The notes beneath the pieces are model-generated. The model was given only the letters and a program-made list of their open reading frames with translations, was not told where the DNA came from and searched no databases. Source: Eukaryota sp. GEM-RC1 (Eukaryota). Taken from it: a stretch of 64,000 nucleotides of DNA. How positions within the stretch are numbered: the stretch's first letter is position 1; each line of letters begins with the position of its first letter. The position numbers and the translations under genes were made by a program. The DNA is taken from assembly GCA_040285855.1 (NCBI GenBank), contig JAUFOQ010000005.1, positions 496,001 through 560,000 of the forward strand, in the 5' to 3' direction. Of the stretch, positions 27,616-42,668 are shown in pieces.

Positions 27616-28439
27616 TTGTCTGATGAGGGTTCTTACTCACAATTGATTTGACTAAATCCAAGTTCCAAGAATCAGTGTTGTATAAAAGAAACAATTGTTT
27701 CTCTAACGTTTTTGATTGTAAACGTCCTCTCAGCTGTCCTATAATTAGATAAATAAAAAGAAATACCAAGAGTTAATTTTGCACGACTGAATAGTCTTTC
27801 CACTTGGTTAGAAGTTGATGGAATAAATGATAAGTCTAAGTATTCCGAAGCAGTGTTTTTGGAATAGTATCGACGTCATCAAGTTTTTCGTCGAAGCTCT
27901 TGACAAGATGAGCATTGTTTTCATTTTCATTTTCAGTAGGAGGAATTCTTTTCAGTTTACTGACTGATGCCATTTCTGCATCAGTGAATTCTCTCTCATA
28001 TCCTTCAAGTATCTCGATTACTCCATTTTCAAAGTCGGGGGACTCAAAGATTGATGATGCTGGGCTATAACATGTGTAAGATATTCCTCATGTAGAACGT
28101 CCAACATTCTCTTGGCCTTGTGCAGAGGAACTTCTGAAACTTGCAACTTCTTTGTAATTGAATTCAGCTGGTCAAATTTTGAAGCATCAATCATTTCTGT
28201 TTCCATTCGGTTAGGCAGATGTTGTTTCACTTCAATCGGGTTGTGGTTCAACAAAGGTAAAAAAGAACAAGGCTATCTCTTTGGGAGTTGAAGAAGACGA
28301 CATAAGGTGAAGAAAAGGGAGTTATAAAATTAATTCTAGTAATTGCCGTTAATTAATTATAATTCTAAGCGGCTAGAATTAATTAATTCTCAAGGGCTAA
28401 TTCAATTAATTATAATTAAATTAATTTTTCGCATCACTG
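27616..28439 (-). mobile_element. hAT remnant, junction copy with a variant subterminal region
   Basis: Right TIR followed by ATGAGAAC, a perfect match to the left TSD at 3512-3519. Confidence 0.85.
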
Positions 28440-29349
28440 ATGAGAACCCTCTGGACTTCTCTCATTTACCCATATCATCCGAGTCTTTCTCTACTTTCAT
28501 CTCTTCCTTCTTTGGTCACTCCATCGATCTCACTTCTTCTATTAAAAACATAGTAAAACATATGTCTGACAAACTCATTCAGGATACTTCTCCTATTCCA
28601 GTTCGTTAGTATCTATTAGAAGGAATTATAGTGTACTTACTTAACAGATGGTGACGTTTACAGTTCGGGAAGTCTCCACAATCAGTCTTAGATACGCTAA
28701 AGATCTCTGCCTAGCAGTGAAGTTTCTACTTATGAAGACCGCGGTTGTTGTTTCGGCTATCATCAATTGTAATGAGGAAGATCCTCCCATCAGCCACCCT
28801 GCTGTCCTACCAGTCAGTGTTGGTTCTAGACAAAAAGTGGTCATTGAGACTTGAAACCAGCGAACGGTCTCTTACTTAATGATCACGTTAGAGTTGCTGA
28901 TTTTGGTACCTCTGAAAACCTTGCAGCCACTAGATATAGATTATATTTACTGATATACATGACGTTTAGTTTTCTTGTACTAGAAACAATCTCCATGTCT
29001 TGTCAGGACCCTATGCAAAGGAAAGTCTGTAAAATGTTCCGATTATGTTTAAAAACTACAGCTGGCTAATGTTTACAACATGAGTTTGTTTTCCGTCATT
29101 TTGTGATATCGATTTGTGTTAATTCAGATATATCTGGTCAGTGTTTTGTGCACGTGAACTCAATGCCTTTGAACTGTAAGGAGAGATATTGAAACCTGGT
29201 TTAGGGTTATTGATTGTATTTTCACGTATCTCTTAGGATTGAACCTGGATACAAGCTAATGTAGAATTTTGGATATACCATTTTTGATATTATTCTTTGA
29301 ACCACACGGCGTTTTAAACATTAATTTATAACTGAAATTTAACTATCAC

Positions 29350-32300
29350 TTAATAATTCCGTACGAAATTGCGAATTACCTTACATGATGCAACAACGCT
29401 ATTAGGAATCATTGAAATTAATTGCATATTGATGTCCTCCTCTTCAACAAGAGTTCTCAACATTTTCCTAAACAAAGCAAAGTAGATCAACAAAGTGATA
29501 CAAAAAACAAACAATGTCAACAAAATCATAAGAGTACGGTAAAGTGAAATGGTTGTGGTAAGTTCAGCATGAAATACATCTATTGAATCCAGACATAAAT
29601 TAGCCAGTTTATATCCAGTTTCCAAAATATCTTCTACCAGTGAAGATTGAACATCCCAAACTAAATCATTTTCCTGATGCATAATAGGTGTAACTAAGCT
29701 GACATAGCGGTGTAAGAGATAGTCCAACCCACTTTCTTCATTAGAAGAGGCATTGAACAGAAAGTTGTTGAAATTTGTTTCATAGACAAGGTTGTTTTGA
29801 TTTGCATAACGCCCTGCAGCTGGGCCTAAGAAGTTCGATGATGATCTGTACTGTAATGAAGAGTGAATTTCAAAGAGCTTATTGACATTGTTTTGGAGTC
29901 TAAAACAGTGTTCATCACGTGATTCTGGGTAAATGAAAGCGGAAAAAACGTCAGCTCCAACTTCATACACAGTAGAAGCACGTTGACCAGCGAGTTGAAG
30001 CTGTTGAGGCCAAGTTCGTATCATTAAAGATGAAAACAATGTATAAGCGAAAAAGATCGCAATTATCACTCCCAAGCAGGAAAGAGCACGCAAAGATTGA
30101 TTGTGATACCTCTCCATCATCGATAATCTAATCACTTGTTGGACATGACTGGCAAGTTTTTCTGTTGGAGTCAAAATGAGCAAAACGTATATGAATAGCA
30201 CAATAACCATAGTCGATGCAACCACCAGACTAACATTAACTAATACAAGATGAATCCCTCCTTGAAGATCATGTATATCACCAACTGTGACCGTGATGAG
30301 TTGTTTCATTGGATTGTCCAAAAATAATTTTTGAAATCTCTCAGTAGACTGTACGTAATCACGACCCATAACTACGTGATAGGCTAACTGAAGTTGATTC
30401 GAAGGTGAACGAACCGCAAGATCATACGTGGAATTAGTAAGAGTTTTTTCTTGGGAACCGACCTGTTTCAAAGCGAACATACTGTCACTACCAGTGATAT
30501 TAGAGACGTCCCATACAAGATTTTTCATTGAATTAAATAAGTCAGAGTTCAGGTTGTGAGCAGTTGCGGAAATAAGAGTAGTAATATCTTGAAGCTGGGT
30601 CATTTGTTGTAGTGATTCCAGTGATGATGTAATTGATTGTTCCAGTGTGGTAACTACATTCTTATTGAGTGGATGAGCTTCGTCCTTTACGACATCTAAC
30701 AAATTTAAAATTTGGTTAATTTCATTGAACATTCTATCCCTGAACTCCACAAATTGATTATACACTGACATAGATCCAGAGAAAAGAAAACGATAAAGTT
30801 CTACATTCATCTCCGCCAGACAAAATTGTATCAATGACTTCTCATTCAAAATCCCGACAACCGAGTGATATAACTTTTCTGTTTTCGTCAACACTTGCAT
30901 TGTCGATGCAGTTCCTACCCCTATTATTATTGAGGCTATCATAACAATAAGCACGAGACCTCGAAGAGTGAAGTAGTTTTTCCACTGGAACTCAATTGTC
31001 GGATTTTTAATAACAAGCCAACACAAATGACAACCGAACAGATATTGAGGGAAATCCATAAAAATTGGACTCTTTTCTGATACAACATGAGTTCAGAAAT
31101 TCTATTAGTCGATTCCTCATCAATTACATCTTCGGCTTTTAAGATATACTCTACTACAGAGTTGAGAACATCAAAGTAACGAGGCGATGCAATAGTACTC
31201 TTGGCAATGTCAAGCTTTTGGATTGAGGTAAGTGTTGCGTCATCATAATGATTGGAATACCAATTAGTTTGTGTGTTATACAGAACTCGGTCTCGGGTAA
31301 TGGTATCTTCACTTTCTAGATCATATTCATAATTATGGACACGAGTAATGTCCTCTGTTGAAAAATTAAACGCCTGACTGGCAATTGATTGCGATATTGA
31401 TTGCCAGTGAAACAAGAATCCCGATAACCGTTCAGAAGACACTAATGACGTCTTGGCTTCTACTGACACTTGATGATCAAAATAAAAGGTGTCAAAAGAT
31501 TCCGTTTAATCATTAAATCAAAGACTTTTTTGAAACTGTTGATAAAAGTACAAATCATTCGTACCAATGAAAGAAAACGTATTTGAAGTTAACAATAAAT
31601 CAATTGTAAGAATATCTCCAGTGAACTGCTGCAAACCGAAACAATCAAAAACCATTGTGACTAGTAACTGTTCATTAGACCTGTACTGGAAGTACATCAA
31701 TGACTGGGTGAAGATGACAATCACAAGGACTACAACTGCTGACAGAACACAAACTTTAGTGAAACCATTGATTGAGAATGAATCAGAAGTAGTTTCGTTG
31801 GTCACCTGAGTCTCAAGTGTATCCTGATTTTCTTGGTCTGAAGCAGTTTCTTCAGCAGAAGTAGATCGAGGATCGTCATCGGATGACGTTTGCTCTTGAA
31901 TTTGGTCATCCAAAGTTGCACCTTTTCTTTTTGACTTTTTGTACTTTGCTTGAAGGTCAAAAATGATGTCATTACACGTGTCCTTAGGTACCCAAAGAAA
32001 TAAGTTTAAGACTCCTTGTCGTTCAACTGAAATGTTGGTAATAATTCGATGAAATCCAAAGACTCCGATTAGAATTAAGCACGAGATGACAATAACACAA
32101 GCCACAATGCTGATCATTTGAGTAACAAAGAAGAAATTATCAGAACCAATAAGAATGACTGACCAAAAAGAATCCCCCGCATTAACCAAAGTACACCTAT
32201 TCTGGACCAAATAATTGAAATATTTGTCTTCAATGAAGTTAGACCCATCAAATGATCCTATAAAGTCCACTGATGCAAATGCAAAAGAATTGATCAACTG

Positions 32301-34715
32301 CCAGAAGTTAACAAGTTTATACTCCCATAATGACGGATTAGAATGTCTCAATTCAAACACAATCAGACCGGGTTCCATGGCAAACTCAGTTATAGCATCA
32401 TCTGTGATTGCTTGAAGGTCCCTCCCAGCAACTCTAGGGCATTCGTAAGCACTTTTAGAGACCATTGATCCGGAACTCATAAAAACACGACGAGCATGAT
32501 AGCTGACGTGCTCGGAGTCTGTCAAAACAATATTACGAATTTGAGAAGCTAAATCATCATGAAAAAGGTGCCGTACCTGATGGCTTCAATTGTCAGCTTA
32601 TTAGACATAACCAATATGTGACTGCTTTCAATAAGTTGCTGGACTCTATTGGTTAAATCATCCATCGTAGAGAAAAAAAAACCCATTGAGACCAAGGTAA
32701 CAACCACAACAAGTGTGAATGAGATAAACATCATTGTGGATAGACGGGTTACTTTGTGAGCTTTACTACCATCAGCTGACGTATCGAGAGATTCAACAAT
32801 TCCTGCAGTTCTTTTTCTACCTTTGGACGTAGTACGTGAAATTACAGATCTTCCACTGATTACTTGTGAGTTAGCCTGAGATCCGGTCACTTCGCTGCCT
32901 GATGCTGATTGCATATCAATAGCTTCCTCAATAGAACGCGCAATTTCTTCATCCATATTGACATCACGGATATAGTTGGCATATATCGAAAGAACTTCCT
33001 TATTGGGGAAATTGGTGGTGAGAAATGAAAATTGTCCAGAGGCTGCTTTCTTATACTTTCGAAGTCGATCTGTCAACTGTGGGAGTTTTGAAACTTCCGC
33101 TGATGGATGTGCCAGAATTTTCCAAAAAGATAACAAAGTGTCAAGGCAAGCAGTAACAAGTTCTCGAACTTCTTTCACGTTTTTCTGGTAGATTCTTGAA
33201 GAACGAAGATCGCCACCTTCATGTCCAGTGTTTGTTAATCTTCTTAACTCTTCACAACTTTTCTGGTAGTAAGAAAGCAGAAAGCGATCTCTGAAACTAA
33301 GGTCAAGATCCATAGCACTAATAGTGGAGGTTAAAGTCACGACAGACATGTGATTCTCTCTCACAAAAAGCTGAAAAGCAGTTTTGGATAGTAGCAAGTC
33401 CAGATCTTCAGCAAGGCGTTCAGTCCAATAGGTGTAGAGAGAGCAAGCCTTTGCTTTGTCTTCATCGGAAGCTTTTGATGGTTTGGGTTGAAGAAATCTA
33501 GTGGAGAGCTCTACTTGCCAGGATTTCTTTATAATCACAGATTGATTGACTTGTTTTGGTTGAGGAATGGAAATGTTCACTGATGGAATATCTTCAGACT
33601 CTCCCTGAGAGTCCACAGAAACTGAATACGAAATAGTGTTCAACGATGAGTTCTGCTTCTTCGCTTCTTCACTGACGTGATTTAGATTGTAATACTTGTT
33701 GATAAAATACTTGCAGCTAACAAGATATGTTAAACCAAATATCAGAATTGATGCCGACCATGTACCAAGAACAACGAGACCCTGAACATCGGCTGACTCG
33801 ATGGTATGGAGGTAGATGAGATGAACAAGGTATGTAAGAGCTGTCCCTGACCAAACAGAAAGGATGAGAACATACTTTATGTTTGAAAGAGCCTTATAGA
33901 AGGGGATACGAGTAATGAACAAGAAAGGGATGACAACAGAGCAGAGAAGATAGATGGTGCGGAAAAGCCACTTGCGAAGAGGGAAAAGATAGAAGACAGT
34001 GGGGATGACAGTTTGAGCAAGGAAGAAGTAGAATTGACAGGTGGAATTAGAACGGGCAAAAACACGTTTTGAACATGGATTACAATCATAAGAGCAGGTA
34101 ACAAACTTTAACATGAGACTAATGAGACCAAGGAGTAACAACACCAGGATTGAGCGTATAAGAATGTTGTACCAATTCCAGCACGCGTCAGGGGGGAATT
34201 AGAGTAACAAAAGACTCTGAGTCAACTCCACAACTCAAGTGGGAGAGCAGGATGGTCAGGATGGGAAAGTAAAGAAAACCAACAAACAAGTGGATGGATG
34301 CCTTGATGAGTGGAAGAAATCGAGATCTTTTGAGGTGTTCATGTCCAAACACAAAGTACAAACCCAACAGCAGCAAGAGAAATCCTAGGAGCATCATTGT
34401 TGAAGCAAACACAGTCCATGTCGGTAAGTTGAACTCCTTTGCGGTCAGTGGTAGAGTAAAATAGTTGAGGAGTCTTGCATCAAACAGAGAATCCCACTTA
34501 GGAAAGTTTTGCCTATTGAGCACAAATCCAGCGATTTGGACAACTTCAAACAAGAGGAGTACCAATGCACAGAAATCATATCGAGCTTTTCCTTCGAAAG
34601 ACAGCTGTAGCAATGAAAACATCTTGCTTTCGAACTTGTGACCAACAGAGTTGGTGGAATATGTCATTGCAGTGGTAGCATGAGACACATCACTGTCTTT
34701 GCGAGATCTACTCAT
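29350..34715 (-). CDS. TmcB-like large membrane protein, copy 4 (frameshifted)
   Basis: Fragments 34188-34715, 32549-34144, 31518-32525, 30939-31469, 29350-31059. Confidence 0.7.
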
Positions 34716-35561
34716 AAATTGATCTCTGGTTTAAGAGATCAAAGGATTGATATCAAGTTTGATTCTCCAATTGTGTTGAAACTTTCAACATGTCATCTAT
34801 ATTGTCAATACTTCAAAGACCGCTTGTGACATCTCATTTGTTCTATGTATTCCTCTTCTTTGTACCCTCACTTATTGTTTGATGTTTTCACTTGGCACAT
34901 CGTTATCTACACCCCCAAATCATGTCGCTCCACTGGAGTCGCTATCAGGGTTTTCTTAGTCCTTTTCGTTTCTACATAACATGTGCTGTTAACGTCAGAA
35001 TTGGTCACAATGTCTTCATTAGGTACTTCTCCCTCCTCCACTGTGTCTTCAGCTCCCACATTTCCACTTCTAACATGCGTCACGTCGATAAAGTATCCTA
35101 CCTTTATAACCCCATTTCGAAATGAAGACTGTTCCGAGTCTTTCTGTTGTATTAGTAAGTTTTCCTACGTTCAAAGGTACAGCATTCTAATGACGTGGCA
35201 GATGTAGCCCATATATACCTTCCGATATGTGAACATCTTGTCTCCCTCTCTTTCTTCGAGATCTGTATGTTTATATAATCAACAACAGTACTATTCTGGA
35301 AGAATGAGTCGTGTAAGTACCTGGAATCTGTTTCAAATATTATTTGTGACTGCTCAGTATAAACAAAACTGTTTATAGTGTACACTAGGACTGTCCAGGT
35401 TCGGGTTTTGGTTCTAACCCGAACCTCTCTTCTCACAACCTGACTGGAACCCGAACCTCTTATCTTAGAACCTGACTGGAACCCGAACCTGTGGGGTTAG
35501 AACCTGGGAACTTTTAGAACCCGACTTTAATAAGATACAATGAAAAAACAAGTTATTGTCA

Positions 35562-36392
35562 TTGTCTGATGAGGGTTCTTACTCACAATTGATTTGACTA
35601 AATCCAAGTTCCAAGAATCAGTGTTGTATAAAAGAAACAATTGTTTCTCTAACGTTTTTGATTGTAAACGTCCTCTCAGCTGTCCTATAATTAGATAAAT
35701 AAAAAGAAATACCAAGAGTTAATTTTGCACGACTGAATAGTCTTTCCACTTGGTTAGAAGTTGATGGAATAAATGATAAGTCTAAGTATTCCGAAGCAGT
35801 GTTTTTGGAATAGTATCGACGTCATCAAGTTTTTCGTCGAAGCTCTTGACAAGATGAGCATTGTTTTCATTTTCATTTTCAGTAGGAGGAATTCTTTTCA
35901 GTTTACTGACTGATGCCATTTCTGCATCAGTGAATTCTCTCTCATATCCTTCAAGTATCTCGATTACTCCATTTTCAAAGTCGGGGGACTCAAAGATTGA
36001 TGATGCTGGGCTATAACATGTGTAAGATATTCCTCATGTAGAACGTTCAACATTCTCTTGGCCTTGTGCAGAGGAACTTCTGAAACTTGCAACTTCTTTG
36101 TAATTGAATTCAGCTGGTCAAATTTTGAAGCATCAATCATTTCTGTTTCCATTCGGTTAGGCAGATGTTGTTTCACTTCAATCGGGTTGTGGTTCAACAA
36201 AGGTAAAAAAGAACAAGGCTATCTCTTTGGGAGTTGAAGAAGACGACATAAGGTGAAGAAAAGGGAGTTATAAAGTAATTCTAGTAATTGCCGTTAATTA
36301 ATTATAATTTTAAGGTGTAACAATTAATTAATTATAATTCTAAGCGGCTAGAATTAATTAATTATAATTAAATTAATTTTTTCGCATCACTG
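35562..36392 (-). mobile_element. hAT remnant, junction copy
   Basis: As 11696-12528. Confidence 0.85.
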
Positions 36393-37302
36393 ATGAGAAT
36401 CCTCTGGACTTCTCTCATTTACCCATATCATCTGAGTCTTTCTCTACTTTCATCTCTTCCTTCTTTGGTCACTCCATCGATCTCACTTCTTCCATTAAAA
36501 ACATAGTAAAACATATGTCTGACAAACTCATTCAGGATACTTCTCCTATCCCAGTTCGTTAGTCTCTATTAGAAGGAATTATAGTGTACTTACTTAACAG
36601 ATGGTGACGTTTACAGTTCGGGAAGTCTCCACGATCAGTCTTAGATACGCTAAAGATCTCTGCCTAGCAGTGAAGTTTCTACTTATGAAGACCACGGTTG
36701 TTGTTTCGGCTATCATCAATTGTAATGAGGAAGATCCTCCCATCAGCCACCCTGCTGTCCTACCAGTCAGTGTTGGTTCTAGACAAAAAGTGGTCATTGA
36801 GACTTGAAACCAGCGAACGGTCTCTTACTTAATGATCACGTTAGAGTTGCTGATTTTGGTACCTCTGAAAACCTTGCAGCCACTAGATATAGATTATATT
36901 TACTGATATACATGACGTTTAGTTTTCTTGTACTAGAAACAATCTACATGTCTTGTCAGGACCCTATGCAAAGGAAAGTCTGTAAAATGTTCCGATTATG
37001 TTTAAAAACTACAGCTGGCTAATGTTTACAACATGAGTTTGTTTTCCGTCATTTTGTGATATCGATTTGTGTTAATTCAGATATATCTGGTCAGTGTTTT
37101 GTGCACGTGAACTCAATGCCTTTGAACTGTAAGGAGAGATATTGAAACCTGGTTTAGGGTTATTGATTGTATTTTCACGTATCTCTTAGGATTGAACCTG
37201 GATACAAGCTAATGTAGAATTTTGGATATACCATTTTTGATATTATTCTTTGAACCACACGGCGTTTTAAACATTAATTTATAACTGAAATTTAACTATC
37301 AC

Positions 37303-40300
37303 TTAATAATTCCGTACGAAATTGCGAATTACCTTACATGATGCAACAACGCTATTAGGAATCATTGAAATTAATTGCATATTGATGTCCTCCTCTTCAA
37401 CAAGAGTTCTCAACATTTTCCTAAACAAAGCAAAGTAGATCAACAAAGTGATACAAAAAACAAACAATGTCAACAAAATCATAAGAGTACGGTAAAGTGA
37501 AATGGTTGTGGTAAGTTCAGCATGAAATACATCTATTGAATCCAGACATAAATTAGCCAGTTTATATCCAGTTTCCAAAATATCTTCTACCAGTGAAGAT
37601 TGAACATCCCAAACTAAATCATTTTCCTGATGCATAATAGGTGTAACTAAGCTGACATAGCGGTGTAAGAGATAGTCCAACCCACTTTCTTCATTAGAAG
37701 AGGCATTGAACAGAAAGTTGTTGAAATTTGTTTCATAGACAAGGTTGTTTTGATTTGCATAACGCCCTGCAGCTGGGCCTAAGAAGTTCGATGATGATCT
37801 GTACTGTAATGAAGAGTGAATTTCAAAGAGCTTATTGACATTGTTTTGGAGTCTAAAACAGTGTTCATCACGTGATTCTGGGTAAATGAAAGCGGAAAAA
37901 CGTCAGCTCCAACTTCATACACAGTAGAAGCACGTTGACCAGCGAGTTGAAGCTGTTGAGGCCAAGTGCGTATCATTAAAGATGAAAACAATGTATATGC
38001 GAAAAAGATCGCAATTGTCACTCCCAAGCAGGAAAGAGCACGCAAAGATTGATTGTGATACCTCTCCATCATCGATAATCTAATCACTTGTTGGACATGA
38101 CTGGCAAGTTTTTCTGTTGGAGTCAAAATGAGCAAAACGTATATGAATAGCACAATAACCATAGTCGATGCAACCGCCAGACTAACATTAACTAATACAA
38201 GATGAATCCCTCCTTGAAGATCATGTATATCACCAACTGTGACCGTGATGAGTTGTTTCATTGGATTGTCCAAAAATAATTTTTGAAATCTCTCAGTAGA
38301 CTGTACGTAATCACGACCCATAACTACGTGATAGGCTAACTGAAGTTGATTCGAAGGTGAACGAACCGCAAGATCATACGTGGAATTAGTAAGAGTTTTT
38401 TCTTGGGAACCGACCTGTTTCAAAGCGAACATACTGTCACTACCAGTGATATTAGAGACGTCCCATACAAGATTTTTCATTGAATTAAATAAGTCAGAGT
38501 TCAGGTTGTGAGCAGTTGCGGAAATAAGAGTAGTAATATCTTGAAGCTGGGTCATTTGTTGTAGTGATTCCAGTGATGATGTAATTGATTGTTCCAGTGT
38601 GGTAACTACATTCTTATTGAGTGGATGAGCTTCGTCCTTTACGACATCTAACAAATTTAAAATTTGGTTAATTTCATTGAACATTCTATCCCTGAACTCC
38701 ACAAATTGATTATACACTGACATAGATCCAGAGAAAAGAAAACGATAAAGTTCTACATTCATCTCCGCCAGACAAAATTGTATCAATGACTTCTCATTCA
38801 AAATCCCGACAACCGAGTGATATAACTTTTCTGTTTTCGTCAACACTTGCATTTTCGATGCAGTTCCTACCCCTATTATTATTGAGGCTATCATAACAAT
38901 AAGCACGAGACCTCGAAGAGTGAAGTAGTTTTTTCCACTGGAACTCAATTGTCGGATTTTTAATAACAAGCCAACACAAATGACAACCGAACAGATATTG
39001 AGGGAAATCCATAAAAATTGGACTCTTTTCTGATACAACATGAGTTCAGAAATTCTATTAGTCGATTCCTCATCAATTACATCTTCGGCTTTTAAGATAT
39101 ACTCTACTACAGAGTTGAGAACATCAAAGTAACGAGGCGATGCAATAGTACTCTTGGCAATGTCAAGCTTTTGGATTGATGTAAGTGTTGCGTCATCATA
39201 ATGATTGGAATACCAATTAGTTTGTGTGTTATACAGAACTCGGTCTCGGGTAATGGTATCTTCACTTTCTAGATCATATTCATAATTATGGACACGAGTA
39301 ATGTCCTCTGTTGAAAAATTAAACGCCTGACTGGCAATTGATTGCGATATTGATTGCCAGTGAAACAAGAATCCCGATAACCGTTCAGAAGACACTAATG
39401 ACGTCTTGGCTTCTACTGACACTTGATGATCAAAATAAAAGGTGTCAAAAGATTCCGTTTAATCATTAAATCAAAGACTTTTTGAAACTGTTGATAAAAG
39501 TACAAATCATTCGTACCAATGAAAGAAAACGTATTTGAAGTTAACAATAAATCAATTGTAAGAATATCTCCAGTGAACTGCTGCAAACCGAAACAATCAA
39601 AAACCATTGTGACTAGTAACTGTTCATTAGACCTGTACTGGAAGTACATCAATGACTGGGTGAAGATGACAATCACAAGGACTACAACTGCTGACAGAAC
39701 ACAAACTTTAGTGAAACCATTGATTGAGAATGAATCAGAAGTAGTTTCGTTGGTCACCTGAGTCTCAAGTGTATCCTGATTTTCTTGGTCTGAAGCAGTT
39801 TCTTCAGCAGAAGTAGATCGAGGATCGTCATCGGATGACGTTTGCTCTTGAATTTGGTCATCCAAAGTTGCACCTTTTCTTTTTGACTTTTTGTACTTTG
39901 CTTGAAGGTCAAAAATGATGTCATTACACGTGTCCTTAGGTACCCAAAGAAATAAGTTTAAGACTCCTTGTCGTTCAACTGAAATGTTGGTAATAATTCG
40001 ATGAAATCCAAAGACTCCGATTAGAATTAAGCACGAGATGACAATAACACAAGCCACAATGCTGATCATTTGAGTAACAAAGAAGAAATTATCAGAACCA
40101 ATAAGAATGACTGACCAAAAAGAATCCCCCGCATTAACCAAAGTACACCTATTCTGGACCAAATAATTGAAATATTTGTCTTCAATGAAGTTAGACCCAT
40201 CAAATGATCCTATAAAGTCCACTGATGCAAATGCAAAAGAATTGATCAACTGCCAGAAGTTAACAAGTTTATACTCCCATAATGACGGATTAGAATGTCT

Positions 40301-42668
40301 CAATTCAAACACAATCAGACCGGGTTCCATGGCAAACTCAGTTATAGCATCATCTGTGATTGCTTGAAGGTCCCTCCCCAGCAACTCTAGGGCATTCGTA
40401 AGCACTTTTAGAGACCATTGATCCGGAACTCATAAAAACACGACGAGCATGATAGCTGACGTGCTCGGAGTCTGTCAAAACAATATTACGAATTTGAGAA
40501 GCTAAATCATCATGAAAAAGGTGCCGTACCTGATGGCTTCAATTGTCAGCTTATTAGACATAACCAATATGTGACTGCTTTCAATAAGTTGCTGGACTCT
40601 ATTGGTTAAATCATCCATCGTAGAGAAAAAAAAACCCATTGAGACCAAGGTAACAACCACAACAAGTGTGAATGAGATAAACATCATTGTGGATAGACGG
40701 GTTACTTTGTGAGCTTTACTACCATCAGCTGACGTATCGAGAGATTCAACAATTCCTGCAGTTCTTTTTCTACCTTTGGACGTAGTACGTGAAATTACAG
40801 ATCTTCCACTGATTACTTGTGAGTTAGCCTGAGATCCGGTCACTTCGCTGCCTGATGCTGATTGCATATCAATAGTTTCCTCAATAGAACGCGCAATTTC
40901 TTCATCCATATTGACATCACGGATATAGTTGGCATATATCGAAAGAACTTCCTTATTGGGGAAATTGGTGGTGAGAAATGAAAATTGTCCAGAGGCTGCT
41001 TTCTTATACTTTCGAAGTCGATCTGTCAACTGTGGGAGTTTTGAAACTTCCGCTGATGGATGTGCCAGAATTTTCCAAAAAGATAACAAAGTGTCAAGGC
41101 AAGCAGTAACAAGTTCTCGAACTTCTTTCACGTTTTTCTGGTAGATTCTTGAAGAACGAAGATCGCCACCTTCATGTCCAGTGTTTGTTAATCTTCTTAA
41201 CTCTTCACAACTTTTCTGGTAGTAAGAAAGCAGAAAGCGATCTCTGAAACTAAGGTCAAGATCCATAGCACTAATAGTGGAGGTTAAAGTCACGACAGAC
41301 ATGTGATTCTCTCTCACAAAAAGCTGAAAAGCAGTTTTGGATAGTAGCAAGTCCAGATCTTCAGCAAGGCGTTCAGTCCAATAGGTGTAGAGAGAGCAAG
41401 CCTTTGCTTTGTCTTCATCGGAAGCTTTTGATGGTTTGGGTTGAAGAAATCTAGTGGAGAGCTCTACTTGCCAAGATTTCTTTATAATCACAGATTGATT
41501 GACTTGTTTTGGTTGAGGAATGGAAATGTTCACTGATGGAATATCTTCAGACTCTCCCTGAGAGTCCACAGAAACTGAATACGAAATAGTGTTCAACGAT
41601 GAGTTCTGCTTCTTCGCTTCTTCACAGACGTGATTTAGATTGTAATACTTGTTGATAAAATACTTACAGCTAACAAGATATGTTAAACCAAATATCAGAA
41701 TTGATGCCGACCATGTACCAAGAACAACGAGACCCTGAACATCGGCTGACTCGATGGTATGGAGGTAGATGAGATGAACAAGGTATGTAAGAGCTGTCCC
41801 TGACCAAACAGAAAGGATGAGAACATACTTTATGTTTGAAAGAGCCTTATAGAAGGGGAGACGAGTAATGAACAAGAAAGGGATGACAACAGAGCAGAGA
41901 AGATAGATGGTGCGGAAAAGCCACTTGCGAAGAGGGAAAAGATAGAAGACAGTGGGGATGACAGTTTGAGCAAGGAAGAAGTAGAATTGACAGGTGGAAT
42001 TTGAACGGGCGAAAACACGTTTTGAACATGGATTACAATCATAAGAGCAGGTAACAAACTTTAACATGAGACTAATGAGACCAAGGAGTAACAACACCAG
42101 GATTGAGCGTATAAGAATGTTGTACCAATTCCAGCACGCGTCAGGGGGGAATTAGAGTAACAAAAGACTCTGAGTCAACTCCACAACTCAAGTGGGAGAG
42201 CAGGATGGTCAGGATGGGAAAGTAAAGAAAACCAACAAACAAGTGGATGGATGCCTTGATGAGTGGAAGAAATCGAGATCTTTTGAGGTGTTCATGTCCA
42301 AACACAAAGTACAAACCCAACAGCAGCAAGAGAAATCCTAGGAGCATCATTGTTGAAGCAAAGACAGTCCATGTCGGTAAGTTGAACTCCTTTGCGGTCA
42401 GTGGTAGAGTAAAATAGTTGAGGAGTCTTGCATCAAACAGAGAATCCCACTTAGGAAAGTTTTGCATATTGAGCACAAATCCAGCGATTTGGACAACTTC
42501 AAACAAGAGGAGTACCAATGCACAGAAATCATATCGAGCTTTTCCTTCGAAAGACAGCTGTAGCAATGAAAACATCTTGCTTTCGAACTTGTGACCAACA
42601 GAGTTGGTGGAATATGTCATTGCAGTGGTAGCATGAGACACATCACTGTCTTTGCGAGATCTACTCAT
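37303..42668 (-). CDS. TmcB-like large membrane protein, copy 5 (frameshifted)
   Basis: Fragments 42141-42668, 40502-42097, 39413-40405, 37779-39422, 37303-37680. Confidence 0.7.
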
